A stretch of 64,000 nt of DNA, from positions 40,536 to 104,535 of IMG/VR virus record IMGVR_UViG_3300020048_003650. One strand, given 5' to 3'. This document shows positions 44,327-54,554 of this stretch, one piece after another. The stretch comes from a virus. The notes under the pieces were generated by a model, which did not search any database, had not been told where the DNA came from, and worked only from the letters and a program-made list of their open reading frames with translations. Both the position numbers and the translations under genes were made by a program. The number at the start of each line of letters is the position of its first letter. The first letter of the stretch is position 1.

Positions 44327-44995
44327 ATGAATACAGTAACTTATCGTACAGCAGAGGCTGTTAACGACGGCATGATTCAGGTATATAAAAATATGTTTTT
44401 GGCTGTCATTAACAGTCTGATAGTTAGTTATCTAGTAAGTTCGAATGTGGACTTAATGAGATTTATTTTCGATACCCCACTTAAGTGGGTAGTTATTTTT
44501 GCTCCGCTAGTCATGGTGTTTGCTATATCAATGATATTGAATCGGGTTTCTCGTTCACAGGCACTAATGCTATTACATCTATTTGCCGCCGTTATGGGCG
44601 TAAGTTTAAGTACCATTTTTATTACATATACTAGTTTCAGCATAGTATCTGCATTCGTGGGTGCTTCTACTCTATTTGGAACTATGAGCCTATGGGGATA
44701 CTTGACTAAGCGTAGTCTAGAAAACTGGGGACAATTTCTATTCATCGGTGTTATCGCAATTATAATTGCATCTGTCATTAACTTGTTTATCGGTAGCACC
44801 GTACTACAAATGACTGTAAGCGCAATTGCGATCATAGTGTTTTCGGGTTTAACTGCCTATGATAGTCAACAAATACGAGAAATGTTATCAGTAAATTCTG
44901 AAAGTAACACCGAAGTGTCAGGCGCCCTTAGTTTGTACATCAACTTTATTAACATTTTTGTATCGTTACTTCAACTGTTTGGCGATAAAAAATAA
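44327..44995 (+). CDS. BAX inhibitor-1/YccA family membrane protein
   Basis: About 7 TM helices, GLTAYDSQQI, ALSLYINFINIF. Confidence 0.9.
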   Translation: MNTVTYRTAEAVNDGMIQVYKNMFLAVINSLIVSYLVSSNVDLMRFIFDTPLKWVVIFAPLVMVFAISMILNRVSRSQALMLLHLFAAVMGVSLSTIFITYTSFSIVSAFVGASTLFGTMSLWGYLTKRSLENWGQFLFIGVIAIIIASVINLFIGSTVLQMTVSAIAIIVFSGLTAYDSQQIREMLSVNSESNTEVSGALSLYINFINIFVSLLQLFGDKK

Positions 44996-45700
44996 CTAAT
45001 TTTTTATTTTAAGTAATCGAAGAAATTCAAAAACTTTAATCCAGAACCAGCCAATATCGAATTCCCACCACCTTAGGCTGAGTTTTGGGTTAGTTGCGTC
45101 TAAATGATGATTATTATGTAGTTCTTCGCCGCCGATAATAATGCCTAACGGACTGATATTAGTGCTACGATCAGTTGTGTTGCCATTACGATATCCCCAC
45201 CAATGACCTAGTCCGTTGACTACGCCTGCCGCCCAGAAAGGAATCCAAATCATCTGTACTAGCCAACAAATAAAACCAACCCATCCAAACACAGCCAAGT
45301 TGAACAATAGTAGAAGTCCAACTCCTGCCAGAGGATAACGTTGATAAATGTGTTGCTCTACCCAATCATCGGGCGATCCATAACTCAGTTGAGATATTAA
45401 GTTAGCATCCTGAGATGACCGACGATACAACCATGCTCCTGCAAACAGTACTTTAAAGATTCCATGATAGTGAGGACTATGTGGGTCCTCTGGACCATCA
45501 CATTTTTGATGATGGTATCTATGAACAGCAACCCATTCACGAGTTACCATGCCAGTAGTTAACCATAGCCAGAATCTAAAGAAATGACTTAGTCCGGAAT
45601 GAAAACTCAAGGAACGATGCGCCATTCCTCGATGTAGATAGATAGTAACACACAGTATTGTAATATGTGTCATGATTAAGGTGTAGAGTATCTCGGTCAA
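44996..45700 (-). CDS. Acyl-lipid (delta-9-like) fatty acid desaturase
   Basis: YLHRGMAH, HRYHHQ..DPHSP, GEELHNNHH, WWEFDIGW. Confidence 0.93.
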   Translation of the reverse strand: MTEILYTLIMTHITILCVTIYLHRGMAHRSLSFHSGLSHFFRFWLWLTTGMVTREWVAVHRYHHQKCDGPEDPHSPHYHGIFKVLFAGAWLYRRSSQDANLISQLSYGSPDDWVEQHIYQRYPLAGVGLLLLFNLAVFGWVGFICWLVQMIWIPFWAAGVVNGLGHWWGYRNGNTTDRSTNISPLGIIIGGEELHNNHHLDATNPKLSLRWWEFDIGWFWIKVFEFLRLLKIKN

Positions 45701-45769
45701 GTGTTTCTCCTTGTGGTATTTAGCGCTATGTGACGTGTTAATACTAAATACTATTAACGGAGAAACAAC

Positions 45770-46081
45770 GTGAACAAATTTTTATTCTGTTTTCTAATAT
45801 TACCCACAATTGTATTTTCTCAATCAATAGATACTCAAGAATCCTTGGTAGTCAATAAACCCATCGTATGTGAACGTATTGATATTGTTGCTAAATGGAT
45901 TACCAGTCCGGAACGAAATCAAAAACCATTTTGGATTGGTGACTCTAAATCTCAGGAGAGTTTTTACGGTGTAATTGTAAATGAAAAAACTGGTTCATGG
46001 ACAATAGTAGAATTTAATCATGAGTTTGCGTGTATTTTAGGAACTGGCAATAAAAACAGACTAACGTTGCCCATGAATTAA
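45770..46081 (+). CDS. Secreted hypothetical protein
   Basis: Signal peptide; KPIVC..NEKTGSWTIVE..CILGTG. Confidence 0.7.
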   Translation: MNKFLFCFLILPTIVFSQSIDTQESLVVNKPIVCERIDIVAKWITSPERNQKPFWIGDSKSQESFYGVIVNEKTGSWTIVEFNHEFACILGTGNKNRLTLPMN

Positions 46082-46114
46082 TGATAAATACTTAGGTAAA
46101 CAGGAAGATTTAGC

Positions 46115-46534
46115 ATGATAATCAATGAAATACTAATAGAAAATCCAGAAATCGGAGATAGTATAGACATAGAGTTCGGAGATGTACTAATCGAATCTAC
46201 AATTGAAGATATCACGGATGATGGCATAGTTGTTTATCTAGATGAAACTGCCATTAAAATGTTAGTTGATAGCCGTCGACAGATGAATGAGGCCGAGTAT
46301 CAGGGACGCAAAGTCTCGTTGGGTAAGCCGTTCATGAACACAGACGGCAAATCAAAACGTAGCGTTTATGTTAAAAATCCCAAGGGCAATGTTGTCAGGG
46401 TTAACTTCGGTCAAAAAGGCGTGAAAATTAAGAAAAATAATCCCGCTAGACGCAAGAGTTTTCGTGCTAGACATAACTGTAGTAATCCTGGACCAAGACA
46501 TAAAGCCCGGTACTGGTCATGTAAATTCTGGTGA
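46115..46534 (+). CDS. Late basic protein, probable head-internal
   Basis: GATAAATA at 46083; acidic N-half then NE-AEYQG, basic NPARRKSFRARHNC..ARYWSC. Confidence 0.7.
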   Translation: MIINEILIENPEIGDSIDIEFGDVLIESTIEDITDDGIVVYLDETAIKMLVDSRRQMNEAEYQGRKVSLGKPFMNTDGKSKRSVYVKNPKGNVVRVNFGQKGVKIKKNNPARRKSFRARHNCSNPGPRHKARYWSCKFW

Positions 46535-46860
46535 TCGATGTGAATATTCTAGAACTACTTCAAACAATTGAGAGTAATTGGCCACTGCTGGCAGTAGTAT
46601 TTGGATTGGGAGGTGCCTGGTGGCAAGGAGCAGTTTGGTTCAAGCGAGTTAACACATCACTAGACTATGCTAACTCTCAACATCGAATTCAACATTCAAT
46701 GTTATGTGATATTAAAAACAAAACAGAAAATTTAGAAAAACGTATTGATAAAATAGAAATAATTACAGTTCAAATTCATGAAGAACTACATGATCAGGAA
46801 ATAAAATTAGCAGTATTAGAAACAGCCCAACAAGCAAAAAGACGACAATCTAAATTGTAG
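46531..46860 (+). CDS. Single-TM coiled-coil protein (holin/XhlA-like architecture)
   Basis: TM helix followed by heptad repeats. Confidence 0.55.
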   Translation: MIDVNILELLQTIESNWPLLAVVFGLGGAWWQGAVWFKRVNTSLDYANSQHRIQHSMLCDIKNKTENLEKRIDKIEIITVQIHEELHDQEIKLAVLETAQQAKRRQSKL

Positions 46861-46891
46861 ATAAATACAGTAATATTAACGGATATTACTA

Positions 46892-48919
46892 ATGAGATTT
46901 TATCAAATTCAAAAACTAATAGAACAAGAACAACAAATCGACGAAGTTCGAATGGGTTCAAGTGACTTTGCAAAGTTTTTACAAACTCCACTAGCAAAAG
47001 AAATGAAGGCTGGATTTGAAGCGGAATTGATATTTCGAGGCGGAGCTGGTGATAGGAGAGACTATTATGATTATGACCCCGAATATGAACCAGACTACGA
47101 TATGAATGAGACTGTATATTCTATCGAAGATATCATAGACTTCTATCGTAACGGAGACTTTGCTGATATCGGTAGGGCCCAGGCTATTAGAATTCGTGAT
47201 GAGATGATGGAAGATTATCTAGAATGGAGATTTGAGCAGCGAATAGAAGATTTTGAATCAAGGGCCCAACCATTAATTAGTGATTGGATATATGAAAATG
47301 AAATTGACGAAGACGATGCACTAGAAGAATATCTTAGAAACGAAATGGAATTAACTGACGAACAAGTAAAAGAGGCATTAGAGGCAGGCAAGCGTTATGC
47401 CAAACGTATTACAAGTTCCAAAATGCAGAAAGAAATACGAGAAGAAGTTCCAGCCTATGATAATTTTCTAACAGCATCGAATGCCATAGATGAACAGGTA
47501 TCTAGTAGAGTAGAACAAGCGATTGAAGAGCGTGATGTCATATGGGATAGAGTCGAAGAAGAGTTTATGGATGATGACGATGGTAATGATTACGGTGAAG
47601 AAGAATGGCTAAGATCACGTGACATTAGAACTGCTAGAGACATTGAAGGAGAATATGACTTAAATTGGCCTCACATGATTGATGTCAACGATAGTTCAAG
47701 TCAAGATGGTGAGTTCAATAAAAGTTATGCAGAAACACTAGCTGATAGCCTAGAACAAGATCTGGGAGTCACAACCACAGTTAGCGGTGGCTATCATAGT
47801 GCAAGACGAGATGAAACTACCTGGATTTTTGAACCAGATAGTAGTTTAGAGGCAGATGACTCTGAAGACATGCCAGTAGAGATAGTTAGTCCTCCTATGA
47901 GTTTGCCAGAAACTAATGAAATTTTACCCAAGTTTTTCAAGTGGGCTGAAGAAAATGGGGCATATGCCAACGAGTCGACCGGTTTTCATATGAGTGTTAG
48001 TTTACCCAATCACAACCCAGAAGATATTGATTTTACTAAATTGGCATTGTTTTTGGGTGATCAATACGTACTGGATAGTTTTGGCAGAGCGGCTAATACC
48101 TATGCTGCCAGTGCACTTGGTAAAATAAAAGGTAAAGCAAAATCAATCGACATCCCCGAAGCGTTTAAACAGATGAAAACTGACTTATCAAAAATGGCCA
48201 GTGATAGTCTTTCAAAATCTAGTGGGTTTGGGAAATACACTAGTATCAACCCTAAAAATGGTTACATAGAGTTTCGCAGTGCCGGCGGCTCAGATTATTT
48301 TAATGATATGAAAAAGATACAAAATACTCTGATAAGATATGCCTATGCTACTAGCATTGCCAGTAATGATAAAATAGAACGTAACGAGTATGCTAAGAAG
48401 TTGTACAAATTATTATCCAGCGTCGAGGACAAAAATAGTGATATTATCAATCTATTCAGTCAGTACTCAGCAGGTGTGATGCAGGCGTCGGCATTAAAGA
48501 GCCACTTGAAACAACTACAATATGACAGAGAAGTGATTCGTCGCAAGGGAAAGTTCAATTACGATGATTCTAGTATGCCACCCCTTGATTGGAATGGCAA
48601 GTATCAGATTTACAATACAAAATCACCTGATAATCTTGTCTATGAATTTAACGTAGATACTGATGACGAGGCTCTTGCCGCGTTGGCATACTGGCGTAAA
48701 AATATCATGAGTCCAAATCTAGATCCATATAACTTCTCGGTCAGACGAAATCGTGACGCTAGTCTTGTCTCATACGAAATTACTTATGAACAACAAGGTC
48801 GAGAGGGTGTCATGCGTGTTAGAGCCGAGTCTGATTCCGCCGCCCGTAGAGATTTTCTAAATCGTGTGCGTACCAGTGGCGGCGAGCCCGCCACGATACT
48901 ACGGGTAGATCGAGTGTAG
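46892..48919 (+). CDS. Putative amidoligase (COOH-NH2 ligase, glutamine synthetase-like fold)
   Basis: GFEAE, DSSL, EIVSPP, STGFHMSVS, KYTSIN, IEFRSAGG; large acidic insert. Confidence 0.8.
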   Translation: MRFYQIQKLIEQEQQIDEVRMGSSDFAKFLQTPLAKEMKAGFEAELIFRGGAGDRRDYYDYDPEYEPDYDMNETVYSIEDIIDFYRNGDFADIGRAQAIRIRDEMMEDYLEWRFEQRIEDFESRAQPLISDWIYENEIDEDDALEEYLRNEMELTDEQVKEALEAGKRYAKRITSSKMQKEIREEVPAYDNFLTASNAIDEQVSSRVEQAIEERDVIWDRVEEEFMDDDDGNDYGEEEWLRSRDIRTARDIEGEYDLNWPHMIDVNDSSSQDGEFNKSYAETLADSLEQDLGVTTTVSGGYHSARRDETTWIFEPDSSLEADDSEDMPVEIVSPPMSLPETNEILPKFFKWAEENGAYANESTGFHMSVSLPNHNPEDIDFTKLALFLGDQYVLDSFGRAANTYAASALGKIKGKAKSIDIPEAFKQMKTDLSKMASDSLSKSSGFGKYTSINPKNGYIEFRSAGGSDYFNDMKKIQNTLIRYAYATSIASNDKIERNEYAKKLYKLLSSVEDKNSDIINLFSQYSAGVMQASALKSHLKQLQYDREVIRRKGKFNYDDSSMPPLDWNGKYQIYNTKSPDNLVYEFNVDTDDEALAALAYWRKNIMSPNLDPYNFSVRRNRDASLVSYEITYEQQGREGVMRVRAESDSAARRDFLNRVRTSGGEPATILRVDRV

Positions 48920-48920
48920 T

Positions 48921-49622
48921 ATGAGAGCAAGAGAAATAACTGAAATTGTCAAGATTCCCCGTGGCGAATTCACTCCTAGTAAGAGCAATATGGAAAAATA
49001 TAATCCCGCTCTTGACAAGATTTCTAAACCCTTGCCTGGTGGGTCAGGACTGAAATATGTAGTGAAACGGGACGGCGGCACATTGTCCATTTATATACTA
49101 GATCCGGGTGCTTTTTCGGGAGGCGGAGACTTAGTTGGTCAAATTACACTGGGCCGTTTCCACCAATTCCCTATTAAAAATGCCTGGCAAGTTGATTCTA
49201 CCGTGGTTGACCCTGATTATAGGAGTCAAGGCATCGGCAAATCCATGTACGGCGTTATTCTAAGCATATTGAAATTGACATTGATTGCCGGCGGGGATCA
49301 AACCGAGGGTGGCCAACGTAGTTGGCTAAGTTTAGCCAATATTCCTGGAGTCGAAGTTCGTGGTTATGTACCAGTTAGTGACAGTTATTTTTCCGACAAT
49401 GATTCTAGCAACTTGCAAAAGAAAAAATTCAACCAGTTGATTGACAACATCATGAGCATGGGCGGCGAATATATAGGTCGTAGCAAGAATGCTCACTATT
49501 TTAGTTTTGATGTGGTTCCTGGTACAGGTGAACTAGAGCCAGCAGTTAAAAAAGAATTGAAACTATATGGTTATAACGATTTAACCAATCCTGGATTGTA
49601 TGCTACTTGGAGCGGTAACTAA
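48921..49622 (+). CDS. GNAT acetyltransferase
   Basis: VVDPDYRSQGIGKSMY acetyl-CoA motif A, QTEGGQRSW. Confidence 0.8.
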   Translation: MRAREITEIVKIPRGEFTPSKSNMEKYNPALDKISKPLPGGSGLKYVVKRDGGTLSIYILDPGAFSGGGDLVGQITLGRFHQFPIKNAWQVDSTVVDPDYRSQGIGKSMYGVILSILKLTLIAGGDQTEGGQRSWLSLANIPGVEVRGYVPVSDSYFSDNDSSNLQKKKFNQLIDNIMSMGGEYIGRSKNAHYFSFDVVPGTGELEPAVKKELKLYGYNDLTNPGLYATWSGN

Positions 49623-50507
49623 ATGAGATACACAGACTTTATCACGGAATCATTAAGTAGAGTTGCATATCACTACACTAATCTTTTTAATGCTGCAAAG
49701 ATAATGCAGTCAGGCGAGTTTCAACTATCCAGCACACTCGGAAGCGTAGAACAACAGTATGCTCCCAAGGGTCATGCTTACTTTTTAAGTACAACACGTA
49801 CTAAAGTAGGTGGCTATCATGATTATATCTCGGCAGGAGCAGTAATGTTCGTGCTTGATGGCAATTGGTTCAATCAACACTATAGATCAGGGCCAGTGGA
49901 TTACTGGGGAAATCGTGACCCGCTACAATCTCATCACAAAGCGCATGAGGCCGAAGACCGAGTATTTTCTAAAGAACCTACGATGCCTATTGACGGTATC
50001 AGTGCTGTCCATGTACTGATTAAGCCCGATAGTGATAATCCAAATTTAGGAGCATGGGCTAGAACAGTGTTTATTAATGCTAAGAAACGTGGTATTACAG
50101 CATATCTCTATGACAACGAAGATGATTGGCGAAAACTGGATATCAGGAAAAGTAAATCACTATCTAAAAATCCAGCACTGCGTGGACAACAACCTATAGT
50201 TACTAGACAGTCGATGTATAATCGAAAAGGTTACTTACATCCCTGGGTACAACTGATCACTGCAACTGATAAATCTCAATTAACCAAAAAAGCAGATGAC
50301 ATACGTTATAGGCTAGGATACCCCTATGATGCTCAAAGCGCACTACAGGGACTGGGAGTCGAAATGTCAAACGCTCGTAAGCCAGGGTCAGGTATTGATC
50401 GTGATAACGCGGTTAAGATTATTGATTACATGCGCAAAAATAAGTTGAACGATCTAGAAGAGTTGATAGTTAATCTAAAGAAAAAATGGGTTCCAGAAAG
50501 GACCTAA
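49623..50507 (+). CDS. Putative ADP-ribosyltransferase-fold protein
   Basis: AYHYT ... FLSTTR ... EAEDR (H / S-T-T / ExE triad). Confidence 0.55.
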   Translation: MRYTDFITESLSRVAYHYTNLFNAAKIMQSGEFQLSSTLGSVEQQYAPKGHAYFLSTTRTKVGGYHDYISAGAVMFVLDGNWFNQHYRSGPVDYWGNRDPLQSHHKAHEAEDRVFSKEPTMPIDGISAVHVLIKPDSDNPNLGAWARTVFINAKKRGITAYLYDNEDDWRKLDIRKSKSLSKNPALRGQQPIVTRQSMYNRKGYLHPWVQLITATDKSQLTKKADDIRYRLGYPYDAQSALQGLGVEMSNARKPGSGIDRDNAVKIIDYMRKNKLNDLEELIVNLKKKWVPERT

Positions 50508-50556
50508 TTTATCCAAATTTACTTGACTATTATTAATATCATGTTAAAATATTAAT

Positions 50557-50730
50557 ATGAATACAAACATAAGATACGAAGTTATTACTCAAATAGATTC
50601 CGAAACCGGAGATACTATTGTACCTATTCCACAAGAAATATTAGATCAAATGGGATGGAAAGAAGGCGATTCCATTGAATTTACTGACAACGGTGACGGT
50701 ACTCTTATTCTGACAAAACATCAAAGATAA
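50557..50730 (+). CDS. AbrB/MazE/SpoVT-family DNA-binding protein (57 aa, not in ORF track)
   Basis: GDTIVPIPQEILDQMGWKEGDSIEF..DGTLIL. Confidence 0.8.
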   Translation: MNTNIRYEVITQIDSETGDTIVPIPQEILDQMGWKEGDSIEFTDNGDGTLILTKHQR

Positions 50731-50731
50731 C

Positions 50732-51187
50732 ATGACAAAAAATTCTGTGATATTAGGCAATATGTCATCAATGATTGATGATGATTTAACAATAACTTCA
50801 ACAGGGTGCTTAATCTGGCCGTTTCCGAATTCCATGAATGATACGATTTCGATTTCTAGTGCCTGTATTCCTTCGTCTATTTCTAGTGCCTCTATTTCTA
50901 GTGCCTCTATTCCTTCGTCTATTTTTTCTATCGATCAACCACATGATTTACAAGTATCAGGCAATTCTGATTTCAAGGGTAATGTAACGGTCAATGGCAA
51001 TCTAAAGATAGGTAATGTTGACCTAGGCGAACGTTTAGATAAAATAGAACAACGATTGGCAATACTGCGTCCAAACATAGAAATTGAATCGCGATGGGAA
51101 CAACTTAAACAATTAGGCGAACAATATCGTCAATTAGAACGTGAGTTGATTGAGCGAGATTGGATATTTGAACAGTTGAAGAAATAA
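50732..51187 (+). CDS. Hypothetical protein with short Ser-rich tandem repeat and coiled coil
   Basis: ATTTCTAGTGCC repeats at 50852-50923; LGERLDKIEQRLAIL. Confidence 0.7.
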   Translation: MTKNSVILGNMSSMIDDDLTITSTGCLIWPFPNSMNDTISISSACIPSSISSASISSASIPSSIFSIDQPHDLQVSGNSDFKGNVTVNGNLKIGNVDLGERLDKIEQRLAILRPNIEIESRWEQLKQLGEQYRQLERELIERDWIFEQLKK

Positions 51188-51214
51188 TATACTAACGCTT
51201 TCGTCTAAATACCC

Positions 51215-52144
51215 ATGATGAAAGTGATAAAATTCTACGAACCAGGACAAGAGAATCCAGAACATCTTATTGTACAATGGAATTTAGGAAATACATGTAA
51301 CTATAGTTGTGAATACTGTCCTAGTTACTTACATAATGGAACTGTTTCATGGCCAGATATTGAATCTGTCAAACAGGTATTAACAAAAATAAGATCAAAA
51401 TTCAACAAGAACATCAAAGTTGAGTTCGTTGGCGGCGAAGTTACTTTATGGAAAGATTATATTGATCTTGTGAAGTTTTGTAAATCTAATACTATTCGTT
51501 CATTTATGATATCGAATTCTAGTAGAACTGTTAGATATTGGAATGATATTGCTCCCTACTTAGACGAAGTTTTGTTGACGTTTCATCCTGACACCGTTGA
51601 TAGGGACCATTTTGATTCTGTATTAAATGTTTTGTTAGAACACAATGTCTACTGTATCGTTCATATTGCTATGAAACAATCTGAGTTTTGGCCATTGGCC
51701 GAGTACTACAATATATTACGTGATAGATATCCACAAGTTAACATCGATATGATACCATTGATGGACAAAGAAAATAAATTCAATAATAACGGATATTATT
51801 ATAACTATGATGATTCACAGTTAAGTCATCTTGCGAAAAATGAATTTTCTACCATGAATTACACGGTCGAATATCAAGACGGAACAAGTCAGTTATTAAG
51901 TTTACACGAGATACGAAACAGTGGTTTAAATGACTTTCGTGGTTTTGTGTGTGGAACAAACGTATCACTAATATGTATTGATTTTCGTGGCTTAGCAGCC
52001 ATTACAGTATGTAATCAACGTAAACGTATCAATATTTATAACGATGATATTGATGAAATATTTCGACCAATAGTATGCCAGGCCTCACGTTGTGACAATA
52101 GTAGTGACTTGAGAATTTTAAAAATTGGACAAAATAATACTTGA
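51215..52144 (+). CDS. Radical SAM protein
   Basis: CNYSCEYC, GGEVT, C-terminal Cys cluster. Confidence 0.9.
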   Translation: MMKVIKFYEPGQENPEHLIVQWNLGNTCNYSCEYCPSYLHNGTVSWPDIESVKQVLTKIRSKFNKNIKVEFVGGEVTLWKDYIDLVKFCKSNTIRSFMISNSSRTVRYWNDIAPYLDEVLLTFHPDTVDRDHFDSVLNVLLEHNVYCIVHIAMKQSEFWPLAEYYNILRDRYPQVNIDMIPLMDKENKFNNNGYYYNYDDSQLSHLAKNEFSTMNYTVEYQDGTSQLLSLHEIRNSGLNDFRGFVCGTNVSLICIDFRGLAAITVCNQRKRINIYNDDIDEIFRPIVCQASRCDNSSDLRILKIGQNNT

Positions 52145-52203
52145 CAATAAATCAACTATCTGATATAATAGTAACTAATAACTGTTAAATTGGATATTGT
52201 ATT

Positions 52204-52578
52204 ATGACTATGCATCTTACACATCACACCACCACTGGGCGGCGTCGAGCTAAGTTTAAGTATGCGTCCGCTGATCAAAAGCGGCAGGCGTTGGAATTGG
52301 AACAAGAGTGGAACTCACTCAAACAACGTCATGCTGGCAAGACTACAACGAAATCATCTGGATCTATCGTGAGAAAATACAAGTTAGAAATACCCGCCGG
52401 TCGTGGCACTGGACACATTCCCAGTAGAAGTTCCGGTGTTGGCACGGCGATTAAGAATGACATTCCGGTATATACCGGTACAAAAATGATTGGCATCGGT
52501 GTACTGCACAAATCAAACGCGGTTCCGGTTTTCAGTGACGAAGAAGCGGTGGAAATCTCAAAAATGAGAAGAGGATAA
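52204..52578 (+). CDS. Basic phage hypothetical protein
   Basis: VYTGTKMIGIGVLHKSNAVPVFS..EISKMRR; promoter at 52141. Confidence 0.75.
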   Translation: MTMHLTHHTTTGRRRAKFKYASADQKRQALELEQEWNSLKQRHAGKTTTKSSGSIVRKYKLEIPAGRGTGHIPSRSSGVGTAIKNDIPVYTGTKMIGIGVLHKSNAVPVFSDEEAVEISKMRRG

Positions 52579-52599
52579 TAAATTGTATATCTTTACGAA

Positions 52600-53374
52600 A
52601 ATGATTAAATCAATCACTGTCATTTTGCTGATTTCGTTTTCATCAATATCTTATGGGGATTGTAACACGCTTCACATAAGACGAAGTCTCAATCATACAG
52701 AACATGGTTTTACCAAGGAAAAAGAGATTGTCAAATCAGGGAATTTTTCTCAACGATTCGAACTAAGACATAATGAATGCGGTTATTATAATAAGGGTTG
52801 GAACGATTGTAACACAGACAGATCCAGATCGGAAGTAACCGTTTTGAAGGATATCCCAGTAAATTCAACTAGATTTATTCGATATAATCTATATTTGCCA
52901 GAAGATTTTGAAACTAGCAAATACGTAAGAACAACTCTTGGTCAAGTACATCAAAGAGGTGGGCCAGTTAGAACGGTAGGGGGATATCCTTCAATGCCTC
53001 CTCTGTTACAGTTTAATGCAAGAGGAAAAAATTATAACTTGTGTTGGCATACTAAAATAAATGAAAAAATATCTTGTAAGACATACAAAATAATGTCAAT
53101 ATCGGATTTAAAAGGTAAATGGACAGAAATTTTAATTGAGTTAAATACATCACCCAAAAACGGATATGCTAAAATTTTTGTAAACGGTGAATTAAAGGTT
53201 AGCATTGACGAGCCACTTTTTGAACATATTCCAAAGGAATTTTATTTTAAATATGGAATATATAACTCATTTGTCTCCAGGAATAAAGGACCAATGCCAA
53301 CTCAAGTTGTTTATTATGATGAAGTACAAATTGTAAATTCTAAAGACAAACTTTGTAAAAAATATTTGGATTAA
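52600..53374 (+). CDS. Secreted polysaccharide lyase-like (jelly-roll) protein
   Basis: Signal peptide, RFELR..DRSRSE, GQVH, YFKYGIY. Confidence 0.75.
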
Positions 53375-53390
53375 ATTAAAGGAAATAATA

Positions 53391-53771
53391 ATGGATTTTG
53401 AACAAGAACAAGTAGTTAATCGGCTATCACAATCAGGTGAATTCAAAGCTCATGAGTGTACTGAACAAAATCTAGCGGACCCTGTCTTTAGAAGACAAAT
53501 TCGAAGCCTACTTCAAGACTGCGTTATGCTGATTGAGTTTACAAAAACCAACGGCGAGACTCGGGTAATGAGTTGTACTCTGAATGAAGGGTTAGGAGCA
53601 CGATTCACATCAACAGTTCATCTAGAGGAGGGTGCCTCATCAGGCGCGTCAACACCACGTAAACAAAATGACGAGGTATGTGCAGTCTGGGACGTAAAAG
53701 CGGAGGCCTGGCGAAGTTTTCGCTGGTCAAATTTGAAAAAAATTGATTTTGTTGTACCCAACACTAAATAA
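53391..53771 (+). CDS. WYL_2/Sm-like SH3 beta-barrel phage protein
   Basis: [19 protein letters not shown]....WRSFR. Confidence 0.8.
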   Translation: MDFEQEQVVNRLSQSGEFKAHECTEQNLADPVFRRQIRSLLQDCVMLIEFTKTNGETRVMSCTLNEGLGARFTSTVHLEEGASSGASTPRKQNDEVCAVWDVKAEAWRSFRWSNLKKIDFVVPNTK

Positions 53772-53775
53772 TAGG

Positions 53776-53988
53776 ATGAAAGAAGAATCCATAAAGATAG
53801 ACGGCGTTGTAACAGAACTATTGCCCAACGCTATGTTCAGAGTACGTTTGCCCAATGAAAAGATTGTCATAGGTGTAATCTCAGGTCGAATGCGGCAAAA
53901 TTCTATCAAAATTTTAATGGGTGACACCGTAGAACTTGAATTTAGTCCCTACGACTTAAGTCGCGGTAGAATAGTTCGTAGACGATAA
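53776..53988 (+). CDS. infA: Translation initiation factor IF-1
   Basis: [38 protein letters not shown]. Confidence 0.95.
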   Translation: MKEESIKIDGVVTELLPNAMFRVRLPNEKIVIGVISGRMRQNSIKILMGDTVELEFSPYDLSRGRIVRRR

Positions 53989-53996
53989 ATATCTAC

Positions 53997-54554
53997 ATGC
54001 GAGAAATAATCACACTTATAGAAAGTCGTAGCAAAACAGATGATATTGAAATCATTCCGTTAAATTATTCGGAATCTGATTTAGAACCTGTATTGAGCAA
54101 AGAAAATATCAAATTTCATTATGGTAAATTAGCTCACGGCTACGCTGATAGATTTAACAATAAAGAGGGCGATTCAGAGTTTAATTACGCTGGAGCATTT
54201 CTGCATAATATGTTGTTTACTCAATATCGATCTTCTAGAAACAACAATAAACCCAATGGCCCAGTTGCCAAACTGATAAATTCTAAGTTTAAATCCTGGG
54301 ACGATTTTAAAGAAACGTTTAAAATCGAAGCGATGAAGATTCAGGGTAGCGGATGGTGTTATCTATCTAAAGACGGAACAATTAAAATTATACCTAATCA
54401 CGAAGTCAGAGACGATATTCTGATACTTGTAGATATGTGGGAACACGCATTTCAAATGAACTATGGGTCTGACAAATCTAGATATCTAGATAATATATGG
54501 AAGATTATTAATTGGTCTGTTATTAATTTACGATGGGGAGCATCATACAAATGA
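53997..54554 (+). CDS. sod: Fe/Mn superoxide dismutase with capsid-targeting-like N-terminus
   Basis: LEPVLS..FHYGK, LHN, QGSGW, DMWEHA; starts MREIITLIES; GATAAATA at 53984. Confidence 0.9.
   Translation: MREIITLIESRSKTDDIEIIPLNYSESDLEPVLSKENIKFHYGKLAHGYADRFNNKEGDSEFNYAGAFLHNMLFTQYRSSRNNNKPNGPVAKLINSKFKSWDDFKETFKIEAMKIQGSGWCYLSKDGTIKIIPNHEVRDDILILVDMWEHAFQMNYGSDKSRYLDNIWKIINWSVINLRWGASYK

Noticed and set aside
50852-50923. Short tandem repeat as a regulatory or phase-variation element
   Set aside because: Units are 12-15 bp, in frame, and encode a Ser-rich linker, so slippage would not switch the frame
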